Positions 1 to 9,208 are shown, numbered from the stretch's first letter. The stretch: DNA of 64,000 nucleotides from Candidatus Igneacidithiobacillus taupoensis (GCA_021375695.1 JAEPKX010000002.1:30794-94793), one strand, 5' to 3'. Notes: generated from the sequence alone by a model not told the origin. Program-made: numbers and translations.

Positions 1-114
1 TTCGAAAGGGATTTGCAGGTTATCCAGATGTTCTGCGGCGGTGGCCATGGTCTCCCAGTCACTGTGGCTGCCCATGACCAGACCCAGTTGGGGTTGCAGC
101 GGCAAAATCTTCAC
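1..114 (-). CDS. purE: N5-carboxyaminoimidazole ribonucleotide mutase PurE, 5' end only (gene runs off the left edge)
   Basis: Not in the ORF track because it is truncated. Reverse translation of 75..1 gives MGSHSDWETMATAAEHLDNLQIPFE, matching the conserved PurE N-terminal MGSxSDWxTM motif. Candidate in-frame starts are GTG at 114 or TTG at 105 (GGGAG 7 nt upstream). Confidence 0.7.
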   Translation of the reverse strand, partial: MKILPLQPQLGLVMGSHSDWETMATAAEHLDNLQIPFE

Positions 115-154
115 TCCCGAGGAAAAGATTCTAAAGCTGGGTATAATGCCTGCC

Positions 155-844
155 ATGGAAGATACTCTCAAGCCCAGCATCCATCGCCCCATTCGCAGCT
201 TTGTTTTGCGGCAGGGTCGCCTGACCCAGGCCCAAAAGCGGGCTTTGGAAGTCCATTCGCCTGTTTTCGAGCTCCCACCAAGCGGTCCTTGGCAGTCGCC
301 CTGGCCCGAAGATCGACCCTTGTTTTTGGAGATTGGTTTCGGTAATGGCGAGCATCTGGCGGCATTTGCCGCCGCCCACCCGGACTGGGGATGTATTGGC
401 GCAGAGGTACACGCCCCAGGGGTCGGCGCGCTGTTACTGCGCTTGCAGGCGCAGGCCCTGGATAATGTGCGGGTGGTCCATGGGGACGTCACGCCCTGGT
501 TACAAACCCTACCTGGGAAGCTTTTTTCCCTGGTGGTGATCCAGTTTCCCGATCCCTGGCCCAAGAAGAAGCACCGCAAACGGCGGCTTTTTCAAGAATC
601 CTTCCTGACGCAGTTGGAACGGGTCCTGGTGCCTGGAGCAGAGCTGCAACTGGCTACCGACTGGGAAGACTACGCTTGGCAAATGCTGGAGGTCCTGCAA
701 AAGAACCCCCATTGGGTCAACCTGGCCACCCCTGGTCCATTTGCCGCCAAACCCCCCAACCGGATCCCGACCCGCTTCGAACGGCGCGGGCAGGCCCTGG
801 GCCATGGGGTCTATGATTTGCGTTTTGCGTATACCCCCCAATGA
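155..844 (+). CDS. trmB: tRNA (guanine46-N7)-methyltransferase TrmB
   Basis: ORF 41..844. RPIRSFVLRQGRLT, SAM-binding FLEIGFGNGEHL and hallmark FPDPWPKKKHRKRR motifs. Start is ATG 155 or 146; the 41 start adds a non-conserved extension and would overlap purE. Stop overlaps the next start (ATGA at 841-844). Confidence 0.88.
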   Translation: MEDTLKPSIHRPIRSFVLRQGRLTQAQKRALEVHSPVFELPPSGPWQSPWPEDRPLFLEIGFGNGEHLAAFAAAHPDWGCIGAEVHAPGVGALLLRLQAQALDNVRVVHGDVTPWLQTLPGKLFSLVVIQFPDPWPKKKHRKRRLFQESFLTQLERVLVPGAELQLATDWEDYAWQMLEVLQKNPHWVNLATPGPFAAKPPNRIPTRFERRGQALGHGVYDLRFAYTPQ

Positions 845-1566
845 CCGATCAGCGCTTATCGGATTGTCTGCATTGCTCCATGCGCAGTGAAAGTATTTTT
901 GCGGGATTGCTTCCTGCGGAGCTCGAGAATTTGGGGATGGAAGTGCAGGACATTGCCCTCCCGGCGGGGGAACGGCTCTATCGGGAGGGGGAGCCAGCCC
1001 GTTATGCCTATACGCTGCGCAGCGGGGCCGTGAAGCTCTACAAAACCCTGAGCAATGGGCAGGAGGTGATTTTGCGCCTGCTGCATCACGGGGATCTACT
1101 CGGTTTTGAGGGAATTTCAGAAAAGCAGCATCGAAACGATGCCATCACCCTTGCCCCAAGCCAACTCTGTCGCCTGGATCTGGAGAACCTGCAAGCGCTC
1201 AGCCAGCGGCTACCAACGGTGCAGGCCGCGATTTTGCAGCGCTGGCAGGATGCCCTGCGGGAGAGTGAGGAGCGGATTGTCGAGCTGGGTGCGAAACGGG
1301 CAGAGGCCCGGCTTGCCACGTTTTTGCTCCAGTGGGCGCAGCGTTATCCCCATTTGCGCAGTGTACCTTTTCCGCTGACCCGGCAAGATCTGGGGGCTTT
1401 TTTAGGGCTTTCCACAGAACATGTGAGCCGCATCATGGCCGAGTGGAAGCGTCAGTCTTTTTTGCACGAGTCCCGAGGCCATTTGGAGATCCTCCAGGAG
1501 CCCAATCTCAGGCGCATTGCCCAGGAACTTCCAGGTGAAAAAGCCGACAAAAAGAATCAAGATTGA
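841..1566 (+). CDS. Crp/Fnr-family transcriptional regulator
   Basis: 241 aa. cNMP-binding-like barrel (YREGEPARYAYTLRSGAVKLYK) plus C-terminal HTH (LTRQDLGAFLGLSTEHVSRIMAEWK). Only 3 Cys, so not a canonical 4-Cys FNR. Confidence 0.85.
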   Translation: MTDQRLSDCLHCSMRSESIFAGLLPAELENLGMEVQDIALPAGERLYREGEPARYAYTLRSGAVKLYKTLSNGQEVILRLLHHGDLLGFEGISEKQHRNDAITLAPSQLCRLDLENLQALSQRLPTVQAAILQRWQDALRESEERIVELGAKRAEARLATFLLQWAQRYPHLRSVPFPLTRQDLGAFLGLSTEHVSRIMAEWKRQSFLHESRGHLEILQEPNLRRIAQELPGEKADKKNQD

Positions 1567-1576
1567 TTTTTCGCAA
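1563..1576 (+). promoter_or_regulatory. Candidate Crp/Fnr-type site TTGAT-N4-CGCAA, with -10-like CATACT at 1600..1605
   Basis: 8/10 match to TTGAT-N4-ATCAA. The centre lies about 42 nt upstream of the start site implied by CATACT (class II geometry). Sits between the regulator gene and the dioxygenase gene. Confidence 0.4.
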
Positions 1577-1649
1577 TGCACCACTATGAGGTTTAGGACC
1601 ATACTGTCCATATTCCAATGTTGCGTCCCTGGGGACAAGGAGAGAGCGG

Positions 1650-2351
1650 ATGTTTTTTCGACAGCTGTTTGAGGAAGAATCAAGCACCTATACCTACCTG
1701 TTGGCGGATAGCACCTGGCGGGATGCCGTGGTCATCGATGCCGTCGATCGGCAAGCCGAGAGCATCCGCAAGATTCTGGCAGCAGAGGATCTGCGCCTGA
1801 CCCACATCCTGGAAACCCATCTGCACGCTGACCATATCAGTGCAGCCCGGATTTTGCGTGAGCAAACGGGGGCCAAGGTGGTGCTGAGTCGAGAGGCCCA
1901 TGCCGATTGTGCTGATTTGACCGTTGAAGATGGAGATTTTGTGGTTTTGGGTGATGATGTCATTCGTATCCTCGCCACCCCTGGCCACACCCCCGAGTCC
2001 TTGAGTTTTCGTTGGCACGACCGAGTCTTCACGGGGGATGCCTTGCTCATTGGGGGCTGTGGTCGCACGGATTTTCAAGGCGGTGATGCTGGTACCCTCT
2101 ACGACAGCATTACGCAAAAACTGTTTACCTTACCCGATGAAACCCTGGTATATCCGGGTCATGACTATAAGGGCCGTTGGGTTAGTTGCATTGGAGAAGA
2201 ACGACGGAACAACCCACGGCTGGCAGGCAAGACCCGGGAAGAGTTCATCCAGATTATGGCAAATCTACATTTGCCAGATCCCAAGATGATCGATGTGGCG
2301 GTTGCAGCCAACCGCAAGTGTGGTTCCCATTTGCAAGGAGAAAAATCATGA
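1650..2351 (+). CDS. ETHE1-type persulfide (sulfur) dioxygenase, metallo-beta-lactamase fold
   Basis: 233 aa. FRQLFEEESSTYTYLL, HLHADH, TPGHTPES, FTGDALLIGGCGRTDFQGG and GHDYKG...NPRL motifs. SD GGAGAG upstream of the ATG. Confidence 0.9.
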   Translation: MFFRQLFEEESSTYTYLLADSTWRDAVVIDAVDRQAESIRKILAAEDLRLTHILETHLHADHISAARILREQTGAKVVLSREAHADCADLTVEDGDFVVLGDDVIRILATPGHTPESLSFRWHDRVFTGDALLIGGCGRTDFQGGDAGTLYDSITQKLFTLPDETLVYPGHDYKGRWVSCIGEERRNNPRLAGKTREEFIQIMANLHLPDPKMIDVAVAANRKCGSHLQGEKS

Positions 2352-2836
2352 ATTCGCTACTGGAGCAACGTGCTTTTGGGAGGGGGGGAGGCGGAGGAAT
2401 GGATCCTGAGCGGGCGGCCCGCCATCGCCATGATCAGGCCGTTTTTCATGCGCTGCTGGCTCGACATCAGGAAATCCATCGGGAGCTGGAGCTTCTTCCC
2501 AATGGAATCCGGGCCTATACTCGTTCGGACAATCCGGAAGTGGTGACCTTGCTGCATGACCATGCTCCGGCCATGCATCGGCGCCTGGAAGAAAATTTTG
2601 GCTTGCGCTTTTGGGATCCCGCCTTTGCCGAGCTTTTTGCCCAACGGGAAAAGATTCGACTGGACATGCACCTGCTGCCCGATGGGGTATTGGTGGAGGA
2701 AACCAGTGCCGAACCCAATGTCGTGAGGTTGATCCAGGCCCACGGCCAAATCATCAATCTCTTTGTGGCCAAGGGTGCGGCCCAGGCGCAACAGGAAAGT
2801 CCCTTGCCCCCAGAATATCAGCGGGTTTTGGGCTAA
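2348..2836 (+). CDS. Hypothetical protein with internal ~36-aa tandem repeat
   Basis: Start ATG 2348 overlaps the dioxygenase stop (ATGA). 162 aa. Residues 43-78 and 103-138 align at a 60-aa offset with 11/36 identities (I..LLP.G..S..P.VV.L...H). I recognise no family. Confidence 0.6.
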   Translation: MNSLLEQRAFGRGGGGGMDPERAARHRHDQAVFHALLARHQEIHRELELLPNGIRAYTRSDNPEVVTLLHDHAPAMHRRLEENFGLRFWDPAFAELFAQREKIRLDMHLLPDGVLVEETSAEPNVVRLIQAHGQIINLFVAKGAAQAQQESPLPPEYQRVLG

Positions 2837-2857
2837 ACGCTAGAAGAAGGGGGAAAG

Positions 2858-3994
2858 ATGGCTGCTGTTACCATCGTCGGATCGGGTTTTGGGGGCTTGA
2901 CGGCCATTCGTCACTTGCGCCGTCAAGCCAAGGAATTGGACATTACCCTCATCGCTCCCAAGGCCGAGTTTGTCTATTACCCAAGTCTCATCTGGGTACC
3001 AACCGGGTTGCGCAAAGGCGAAGAGTTACGCATCGACCTGGGTGAATTTCTCCGTCGGGAACGGGTCCACTTTCAGCAAGGGCGGGTCACGGGGCTTGCC
3101 GATGGCGGACGGGTGGTGTTGACCGAGCTCGGAGAGTTGCGCAATGACGCCCTGATCCTGGCACCAGGGGGAAGGGGGTTACGCAAACTGCCGGGAATCG
3201 AACACAGTCTGGCCATTTGCGATGGCATCGAAACGGCCCAGGAGATTCGCCGACGTTTGCAGGCCATGACCGGCGGTGATATTGCCTTTGGTTTTGCCGG
3301 AAATCCTGCCGAACCCAGCGCGGTGCGCGGTGGTCCCATCTTCGAACTGCTGTTTGGTATCGATACCTATTTGCGTCGACAAGGGATCCGGGAGCGCTTT
3401 ACGCTGCACTTCTTCAACCCCATGCGGGAGCCAGGCAACCGGCTGGGTGCAGAGGCGGTGGCAGGACTGTTGGCGGCTATGGAAGAACGCCAAATCCAGA
3501 CCCATTTGGGCGCCAAGTTGTTGGCTTTCACAGAGCAGGAGGTGCGTACCGAGGCCGAGGTGATTCCTGCCCAGTTGATCCTTTTCATGCCGGGTATGAC
3601 GGGTCCCGATTTTGCTGCCGACTCTGCTTTGCCACTCTCCGCCGGTGGTTTTATTGTTGGCGATTCCCATTGTCAGGTGCCTGGCTTTCCCGGTGTCTAT
3701 GTGGTCGGCGACGCGGCATCCTATCCCGAGAGTCCCGACTGGTTGCCCAAGCAAGGTCACAGTGCCGATCTTCAGGCTCGGGCAGCGGCCGAAAATGCAT
3801 TGGCATATCTAGCGGGGAAAGAGCCTGTCAAGAAATTCCGCAACGAACTGATCTGTATCGTCGACAGCCTGGATGGTGGAAATCTGGTCTATCGCAGTCC
3901 AAGCCTTGCCAAAATCATTCCTGGCAGCTACTGGCATCTCGCCAAGCGGGCCTTTGAGTGGCGCTACCTGGCCAACTATCGACCTCGTTCCTAG
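2858..3994 (+). CDS. FAD-dependent pyridine nucleotide-disulfide oxidoreductase, SQR/NDH-2-like
   Basis: 378 aa. N-terminal IVGSGFGG dinucleotide fold and GVYVVGDAA FAD motif. Shorter than canonical ~430-aa SQR, so the subtype is not assignable. Confidence 0.75.
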   Translation: MAAVTIVGSGFGGLTAIRHLRRQAKELDITLIAPKAEFVYYPSLIWVPTGLRKGEELRIDLGEFLRRERVHFQQGRVTGLADGGRVVLTELGELRNDALILAPGGRGLRKLPGIEHSLAICDGIETAQEIRRRLQAMTGGDIAFGFAGNPAEPSAVRGGPIFELLFGIDTYLRRQGIRERFTLHFFNPMREPGNRLGAEAVAGLLAAMEERQIQTHLGAKLLAFTEQEVRTEAEVIPAQLILFMPGMTGPDFAADSALPLSAGGFIVGDSHCQVPGFPGVYVVGDAASYPESPDWLPKQGHSADLQARAAAENALAYLAGKEPVKKFRNELICIVDSLDGGNLVYRSPSLAKIIPGSYWHLAKRAFEWRYLANYRPRS

Positions 3995-5130
3995 GAGTAG
4001 GTTCGTCCCTTCCAGGCCCCACCCCGGCCGGCGTAATATTGCCGGGCGGAATCTAGCGTCATCAGGGTATAGAGCCAGGCGGCGGGCTGCAGGCTCAAGA
4101 CCCAGAGCGGTGAGAGTTGGAGATAGCGCAGGGTGGGCCAATAGATCCACCAGCTGAGCAACAAGGTCCCAGCCGCCAGGGCGGCAGGGAGGTTCATCCC
4201 CTTCAGCAAGCCCAGGACCAGCAAGGCCCATGGAAGGAAATACATTACGAGCATACCCAGAGTGGTCCCCAGCAGCAGGCTGGGGCGATGCTGTAACTGG
4301 ACGTAGGCGGAGCGGGCTACCATCCGCCAGATCTCCCTTGGACTCTGGTATTGGCGCAAACTCAAGCTATCGTCGGCAAGACCCAACCAGATCGCCCCCA
4401 AAGGCTTTAGTTGGGCAGCGAGAGTACAGTCATCGATGAGGGCCCCGCGCATCCTGGCAAGCCCGCCACTTTGGGCCAATACTTCCCTGCGTACCAGCAT
4501 GCAGCCACCGGCGGCGGCGGCGGTTTGGTGCTGGGGGTCGTTAACCCAGGGAAAAGGGTAGAGCTTTTGGAAAAAGAATAGGAAGGCCGGAATCAGCCAG
4601 CGTTCCCACAGGGTGGTAGTGGAGAGGCGGACCATCAACGAAACCAGCACCCGTTGCTCATTTTCCGCCTTGGCAAGCAACGCTTGCAACACTCTGGGTC
4701 CATGCTCGATATCGGCATCGGTGAACCATAGATAGGTAGCCGATCCCGCCGCTTCGACTCCCTGGGCCATGGCCCAGACCTTACCGGCCCAGCCTTGGGG
4801 CAAAGGGCTCCCCGAGAGGACCAGGAGCCGCTCGTCGGCACCCAGACGACGGGCCGCTTCCTCTGCCAACGAGGCGGTGCCGTCCTGGCTCTGATCATCG
4901 ACAACGATGACGCGAAAAATGCCGGGATAGTCCTGGCGGAGCAGGCCCTCCACACAGCGACCGATACTTTGGGCTTCATTGCGGGCAGGAACGATGGCGA
5001 CTACTTCCGGCCAGTGTGGGAGATGAGGGATTTCCTGCGGGAGCCGTTGCCCGGCGCGCCAAAAATCACCGCGAAAAAAGGTCAGGAAAAGCCAGCCAAG
5101 AAAAACGAAAGTGGCAAGGGCCACCGCCAT
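3991..5130 (-). CDS. Membrane-anchored family-2 glycosyltransferase (possibly HpnB-like)
   Basis: ORF 3991..5208 trimmed to ATG 5130, which shares one base with the pilU stop (TGATG). N-terminal TM helix, VAIVPARNEAQSI...VVDDQSQDGT, GWAGK and IDDCTLA motifs. The HpnB assignment is a recollection, not verified. Confidence 0.8.
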   Translation of the reverse strand: MAVALATFVFLGWLFLTFFRGDFWRAGQRLPQEIPHLPHWPEVVAIVPARNEAQSIGRCVEGLLRQDYPGIFRVIVVDDQSQDGTASLAEEAARRLGADERLLVLSGSPLPQGWAGKVWAMAQGVEAAGSATYLWFTDADIEHGPRVLQALLAKAENEQRVLVSLMVRLSTTTLWERWLIPAFLFFFQKLYPFPWVNDPQHQTAAAAGGCMLVRREVLAQSGGLARMRGALIDDCTLAAQLKPLGAIWLGLADDSLSLRQYQSPREIWRMVARSAYVQLQHRPSLLLGTTLGMLVMYFLPWALLVLGLLKGMNLPAALAAGTLLLSWWIYWPTLRYLQLSPLWVLSLQPAAWLYTLMTLDSARQYYAGRGGAWKGRTYS

Positions 5131-6266
5131 CAATTCGCTCCACCGATTCGCCAGGCCGTGGTGGACTCTTTTTGACTTCCAGGGTCTTCGATCCCGCGCC
5201 GCATACATTCCATTTTGATGGCCAAGCGGAGATCGTTCTGGGAATCGGCAGCGCGAATGGCATCCTCGTAGCTGATCAAACCGTCAATAAAGAGTTTCAC
5301 GAGGGACTGGTCAAAGGTTTGCATGCCCACATCATTGGGTCGAGCCATGGCATCTTTGAGGAGTCCGACCTCGCCACGATAGATGAGATCGGCCACCATT
5401 GGAGTGTTGATCAGTACTTCCATGGCGGCAACCCGCCCTGCTTGCCCCTTGAGTGGAAGGAGGCGCTGGGAAACAACGGCGCGAAGGTTGAGGGACAGAT
5501 CCATGAGTACCTGTCTTTTTCGTTCTTCTGGAAAAAAATTGATGATCCGTTCCACAGCTTGGTTGGCATTGTTGGCATGGAGTGTGGATAAACACAGATG
5601 GCCCGTTTCTGCATAGGCGACGGCATGCTCCATGGTATTGCGGCTACGGATCTCGCCAATGAGGATGACGTCGGGTGCCTCCCGCAAGGCGTTCTCTAGG
5701 GCGTTCTCATAACTTTGGGTATCGATGCCCACTTCGCGCTGATTGACAATGGATCTGATGTTTTTATGCAAATATTCAATGGGGTCTTCAATGGTCAGAA
5801 TATGACCCGCCGAGACGGAGTTGCGGTACTGGATCATGGCGGCAAGGGAAGTGCTTTTGCCAGAACCCGTGGCGCCCACAAAGAGGACGAGACCCCGGGA
5901 GGTTTGGGCCAACTCCTTGAGAATCGGGGGCATCCGCAGTTGATCCAGGGTAGGAATTTGGGTCTTGATGGAACGAATGACAAAGGAGATTTCATTGCGC
6001 TGAAAGAAACCGTTGACCCGGAAACGGCCTACTCCAGTAATGGAAAGCGCGAGGTTCACTTCCTTTTCCTGCTGAAATTCCTGCAATCGTTCCAGGCCCA
6101 GGATTTCCTTGGCAAGCGCCAGGCTTTGCCCGGGCCGTAGAGCTTCTTCGCCAACGGGAACCATGCGTCCGTCGATCTTGATGGCGGGGGGGGCCCCAAC
6201 GGTGAGGTAGAGATCCGAACCATTTTTCTGCACCATAAGGCGCAGGAGATCATCCAGGACTGGCAT
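5130..6266 (-). CDS. pilU: Type IV pilus retraction ATPase PilU
   Basis: 378 aa. LLRLMVQKNGSDLYLTVGAPP N-terminus, Walker A GATGSGKST. Lies immediately downstream of pilT. Confidence 0.92.
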   Translation of the reverse strand: MPVLDDLLRLMVQKNGSDLYLTVGAPPAIKIDGRMVPVGEEALRPGQSLALAKEILGLERLQEFQQEKEVNLALSITGVGRFRVNGFFQRNEISFVIRSIKTQIPTLDQLRMPPILKELAQTSRGLVLFVGATGSGKSTSLAAMIQYRNSVSAGHILTIEDPIEYLHKNIRSIVNQREVGIDTQSYENALENALREAPDVILIGEIRSRNTMEHAVAYAETGHLCLSTLHANNANQAVERIINFFPEERKRQVLMDLSLNLRAVVSQRLLPLKGQAGRVAAMEVLINTPMVADLIYRGEVGLLKDAMARPNDVGMQTFDQSLVKLFIDGLISYEDAIRAADSQNDLRLAIKMECMRRGIEDPGSQKESTTAWRIGGAN

Positions 6267-6284
6267 GGCAGGCTACTCCAAAGG

Positions 6285-7334
6285 CTAGGCGACGTTGGCG
6301 AGGGCTTCTCTGTTTTGGGCTCGACGCATAGCGTCCTCCCGGGTGATCTGGTGAGACCGCACCAAACTGATGAGACACTGGTCCAAGGTTTGCATCCCCT
6401 GATTCTGCCCAGTCTGAATTACCGAGTACATTTGTGCCACCTTGTTTTCCCGGATGAGATTGCGAATGGCCGGGTTGGCAATCATGATTTCATGGGCGGC
6501 AACCCGCCCCCGTCGATCTGCAGTTGGAATCAAGGTTTGTGCGATCACTGCGCGCAGGGATTCCGAGAGCATGGCGCGGACCATGTCCTTTTCGCCACCC
6601 GGAAAGGAATCGATGATGCGGTCGATGGTTTTGGGGGCGGAGCTGGTGTGCAAGGTCCCAAAGACAACGTGACCCGTTTCGGCTGCGGTGAGGGCAAGCC
6701 GCATGGTCTCCAGATCTCGCAACTCTCCCACCAGGATAATATCGGGATCTTCCCGCAGCGCCGAGCGCAATGCGTTACTGAAGGATTTGGTATTGGGTCC
6801 AACTTCTCTTTGGTTGATGAGGCACTTGTTAGGGGTGTGGAGAAACTCGATGGGGTCCTCGATGGTGATGATATGTTCCTGGCGATGGTTATTGATGTGG
6901 TTGACCATGGCTGCCAGGGTCGTCGATTTACCCGAGCCCGTGGGGCCAGTAACCAGTACCAAGCCGCGTGGAACATCGATGATTTCCTTGAAAATGCTGG
7001 GGGCATTGATGTCCTCCAGGCTAAGCACCTTTGCCGGGATGGTCCGGAAGGCTGCCGCTGCGCCGCGATCTTGCAAAAAGGCGTTGACGCGAAAGCGGGC
7101 GACCTGGGGAATGTCGATGGCAAAGTCGATTTCGAGATTTTCCTCAAACCATTTACGCTGCGCGTCATTCATGATGTCGTAAATCATGGCGTGGACCGTC
7201 TCTTTGCTGAGCGCCGGGACGTTGACGGGTCGGATCTCGCCGTTGATCCGCACCATGGGGGATAAGCCAGCCGAAAGGTGAACGTCCGATGCGCCATGCT
7301 TGACTGCAAAAGCAAGCAAATCGGTAATATCCAT
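6285..7334 (-). CDS. pilT: Type IV pilus twitching-motility ATPase PilT
   Basis: MDITDLLAFAVKHGASDVHLSAGL, GPTGSGKSTTLAAM and AHEIMIANPAIRNLIRE are nearly colinear with Pseudomonas PilT. The ORF-track start 7349 adds 5 codons. Confidence 0.95.
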   Translation of the reverse strand: MDITDLLAFAVKHGASDVHLSAGLSPMVRINGEIRPVNVPALSKETVHAMIYDIMNDAQRKWFEENLEIDFAIDIPQVARFRVNAFLQDRGAAAAFRTIPAKVLSLEDINAPSIFKEIIDVPRGLVLVTGPTGSGKSTTLAAMVNHINNHRQEHIITIEDPIEFLHTPNKCLINQREVGPNTKSFSNALRSALREDPDIILVGELRDLETMRLALTAAETGHVVFGTLHTSSAPKTIDRIIDSFPGGEKDMVRAMLSESLRAVIAQTLIPTADRRGRVAAHEIMIANPAIRNLIRENKVAQMYSVIQTGQNQGMQTLDQCLISLVRSHQITREDAMRRAQNREALANVA

Positions 7335-7417
7335 CTGGGCCATGGTCACCTCACATTGGGAAATTGGATGGTTTCAGCCTAATATAGTCGAGCTTTGGTA
7401 TTCCGCACAGGGGAAGA

Positions 7418-8092
7418 ATGGATCTTTCTTGGCACTTACAACGTATCCAGGAGGACTGTGCGAGCTATCCAGGAACGCTTGTGCTGGCGGTGAGCAAGCG
7501 GGTGGAGGCGCAACGGATTCGTCAGGCCTATGCCTTGGGACTTCGCCATTTTGGCGAAAACTATGTGCAGGAAGCCCTGAACAAACAGAAGACTCTCGGG
7601 GAGTTGGCAATCACCTGGCATTTCATTGGGCAGATCCAGCGCAACAAAACCGAAGAGATAGCCCGTCATTTTCATTGGGTGGAAAGTCTGGATCGGGAGA
7701 TTCTGGTCCCCCGGCTTGGACAGGCACGGGAAGGACTGCCGCCATTACAGGTGCTTATCGAAGTAGCCATCAGTGGTGAGCAGGGGAAAGGGGGAGTGCC
7801 CCCGGCAGAAATCGCCCCCCTGGCCGAAGCCATCGTGGCCGAGCCCAATCTTGCGTTGCGCGGCCTGATGGCCCTGGTTCATCGGGATCCCGCCATCGCT
7901 AAGGAGAACTTCCGGGATATGAAAACCTGCTTTGACAAACTCCGTGCCCAATATCCCCATTTGTCCATTGATACCCTTTCCATGGGCACTTCGGGCGATT
8001 ATGCTCAGGCCTTGGCTGCGGGGGCCACAGAAATCCGTTTGGGAACAGCGCTGTTCGGAGAGCGTTCCAGGGAGGCAAGTTTTGCTGGATAA
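7418..8092 (+). CDS. yggS: PLP-binding homeostasis protein YggS
   Basis: 224 aa. LAVSK PLP-lysine motif and HFGENYVQE. Confidence 0.9.
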   Translation: MDLSWHLQRIQEDCASYPGTLVLAVSKRVEAQRIRQAYALGLRHFGENYVQEALNKQKTLGELAITWHFIGQIQRNKTEEIARHFHWVESLDREILVPRLGQAREGLPPLQVLIEVAISGEQGKGGVPPAEIAPLAEAIVAEPNLALRGLMALVHRDPAIAKENFRDMKTCFDKLRAQYPHLSIDTLSMGTSGDYAQALAAGATEIRLGTALFGERSREASFAG

Positions 8093-8912
8093 AAATGTGG
8101 TTTTTCTGGGCGCGGGCAATATGGCCCGGGCCCTTATTGCAGGACTTTGTCGGGAAGGGCTGGACCCCGCTCGAATACAGGTTCATGCCCCCCACACCGA
8201 ACGCCGGGACGCATTGGCAGAGGAGTTTGGCGTGCAGAGCCTGGCTGCCACGCCGCGGGCGCTACCTGCTCGGGCATTGGTCATCTATGCGGCAAAGCCC
8301 CAGCAGGTCCGGGATATTTTGCCAGGCTGGGCCGAACAGCTGCGGGAGGCGCATGCCTTGGTGGTTTCGGTAGCGGCTGGTATTCGCATCAATACTTTGC
8401 AAGGCTTGCTTCCTGGGGTCGAACTGATCCGCGCCATGCCCAACACGCCTGCCCAGGTGGGGGCGGGCATTACCTGCCTGTACGAAGACCCTGCCTTGCA
8501 GGAGGCACAGCGGGCTCAATGTGAGGCGTTATTTCGCGGTACGGGAAAGACACTATGGTTGGCCAAGGAAGAACTCCTGGAGGTAGCCACTGCCTTGGCA
8601 GGTAGTGGCCCGGCCTATGTACTGTTGTTTTTGGAGGCCCTGGAAGAGGCGGCGCTGAACCTTGGCATGCCACGGCAGGAGGCACGATTGCTGGCGATGG
8701 AAACCTTGCGGGGAACCGGCGAGTGGTTGGCAGCCAGTGGGCTTGCCCCGGCGCTCTTGCGCTACCAGGTTACCAGTCCTGGGGGCACGACGGCGGCGGC
8801 TTTGGCGGTATGGGAGGAGGGGCTGCGGCCCCTGGCGCAGCGTGCCCTGGCGGCGGCTGTACAGCGCAGCCAGGAGCTGGCTCTAGGTACCGAGAGGGGG
8901 GATGGATCATGA
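8082..8912 (+). CDS. proC: Pyrroline-5-carboxylate reductase ProC
   Basis: Conserved N-terminus LDKNVVFLGAGNMARALIAGL begins at TTG 8082, with GGAGG (8071..8075) 6 nt upstream. The ORF-track start 7932 lies inside yggS. Confidence 0.9.
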   Translation: MLDKNVVFLGAGNMARALIAGLCREGLDPARIQVHAPHTERRDALAEEFGVQSLAATPRALPARALVIYAAKPQQVRDILPGWAEQLREAHALVVSVAAGIRINTLQGLLPGVELIRAMPNTPAQVGAGITCLYEDPALQEAQRAQCEALFRGTGKTLWLAKEELLEVATALAGSGPAYVLLFLEALEEAALNLGMPRQEARLLAMETLRGTGEWLAASGLAPALLRYQVTSPGGTTAAALAVWEEGLRPLAQRALAAAVQRSQELALGTERGDGS

Positions 8913-9178
8913 TGCTTTTCGAACTCTATCGTTTGATCGAAATTGCCTTGACCCTGCTCTTTTGGGCCGTATTTATCCGTGCGATCCTCACCTGGGTGCA
9001 GCCCGACCCCTACAATCCCATCGTCCGCTTTCTCGATCGGGTTACCAGTCCTATTTTGCAACCCTTGCAACGGCTTGTTCCGCCCATGGGCGGGATCGAT
9101 TTTAGTCCCTTGCTTGCCTTGCTATTGATCCAGCTGGCAAAACTGCTGGTTACTCGTCTGTTCTTTGGTACGCTCTAA
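8909..9178 (+). CDS. yggT: YggT-family membrane protein
   Basis: ATG 8909 overlaps the proC stop (ATGATG). 89 aa, two hydrophobic segments. Conserved yggS-proC-yggT order. Confidence 0.8.
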   Translation: MMLFELYRLIEIALTLLFWAVFIRAILTWVQPDPYNPIVRFLDRVTSPILQPLQRLVPPMGGIDFSPLLALLLIQLAKLLVTRLFFGTL

Positions 9179-9208
9179 CCCTTATCGACTCCGGAACCCA
9201 TCGTACTT

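Noticed and set aside
5583-5591. Perfect DnaA box (TGTGGATAA, complement of TTATCCACA).
   Set aside because: It is a single isolated 9-mer inside the pilU coding sequence, with no cluster, no AT-rich unwinding element and no dnaA or dnaN context.
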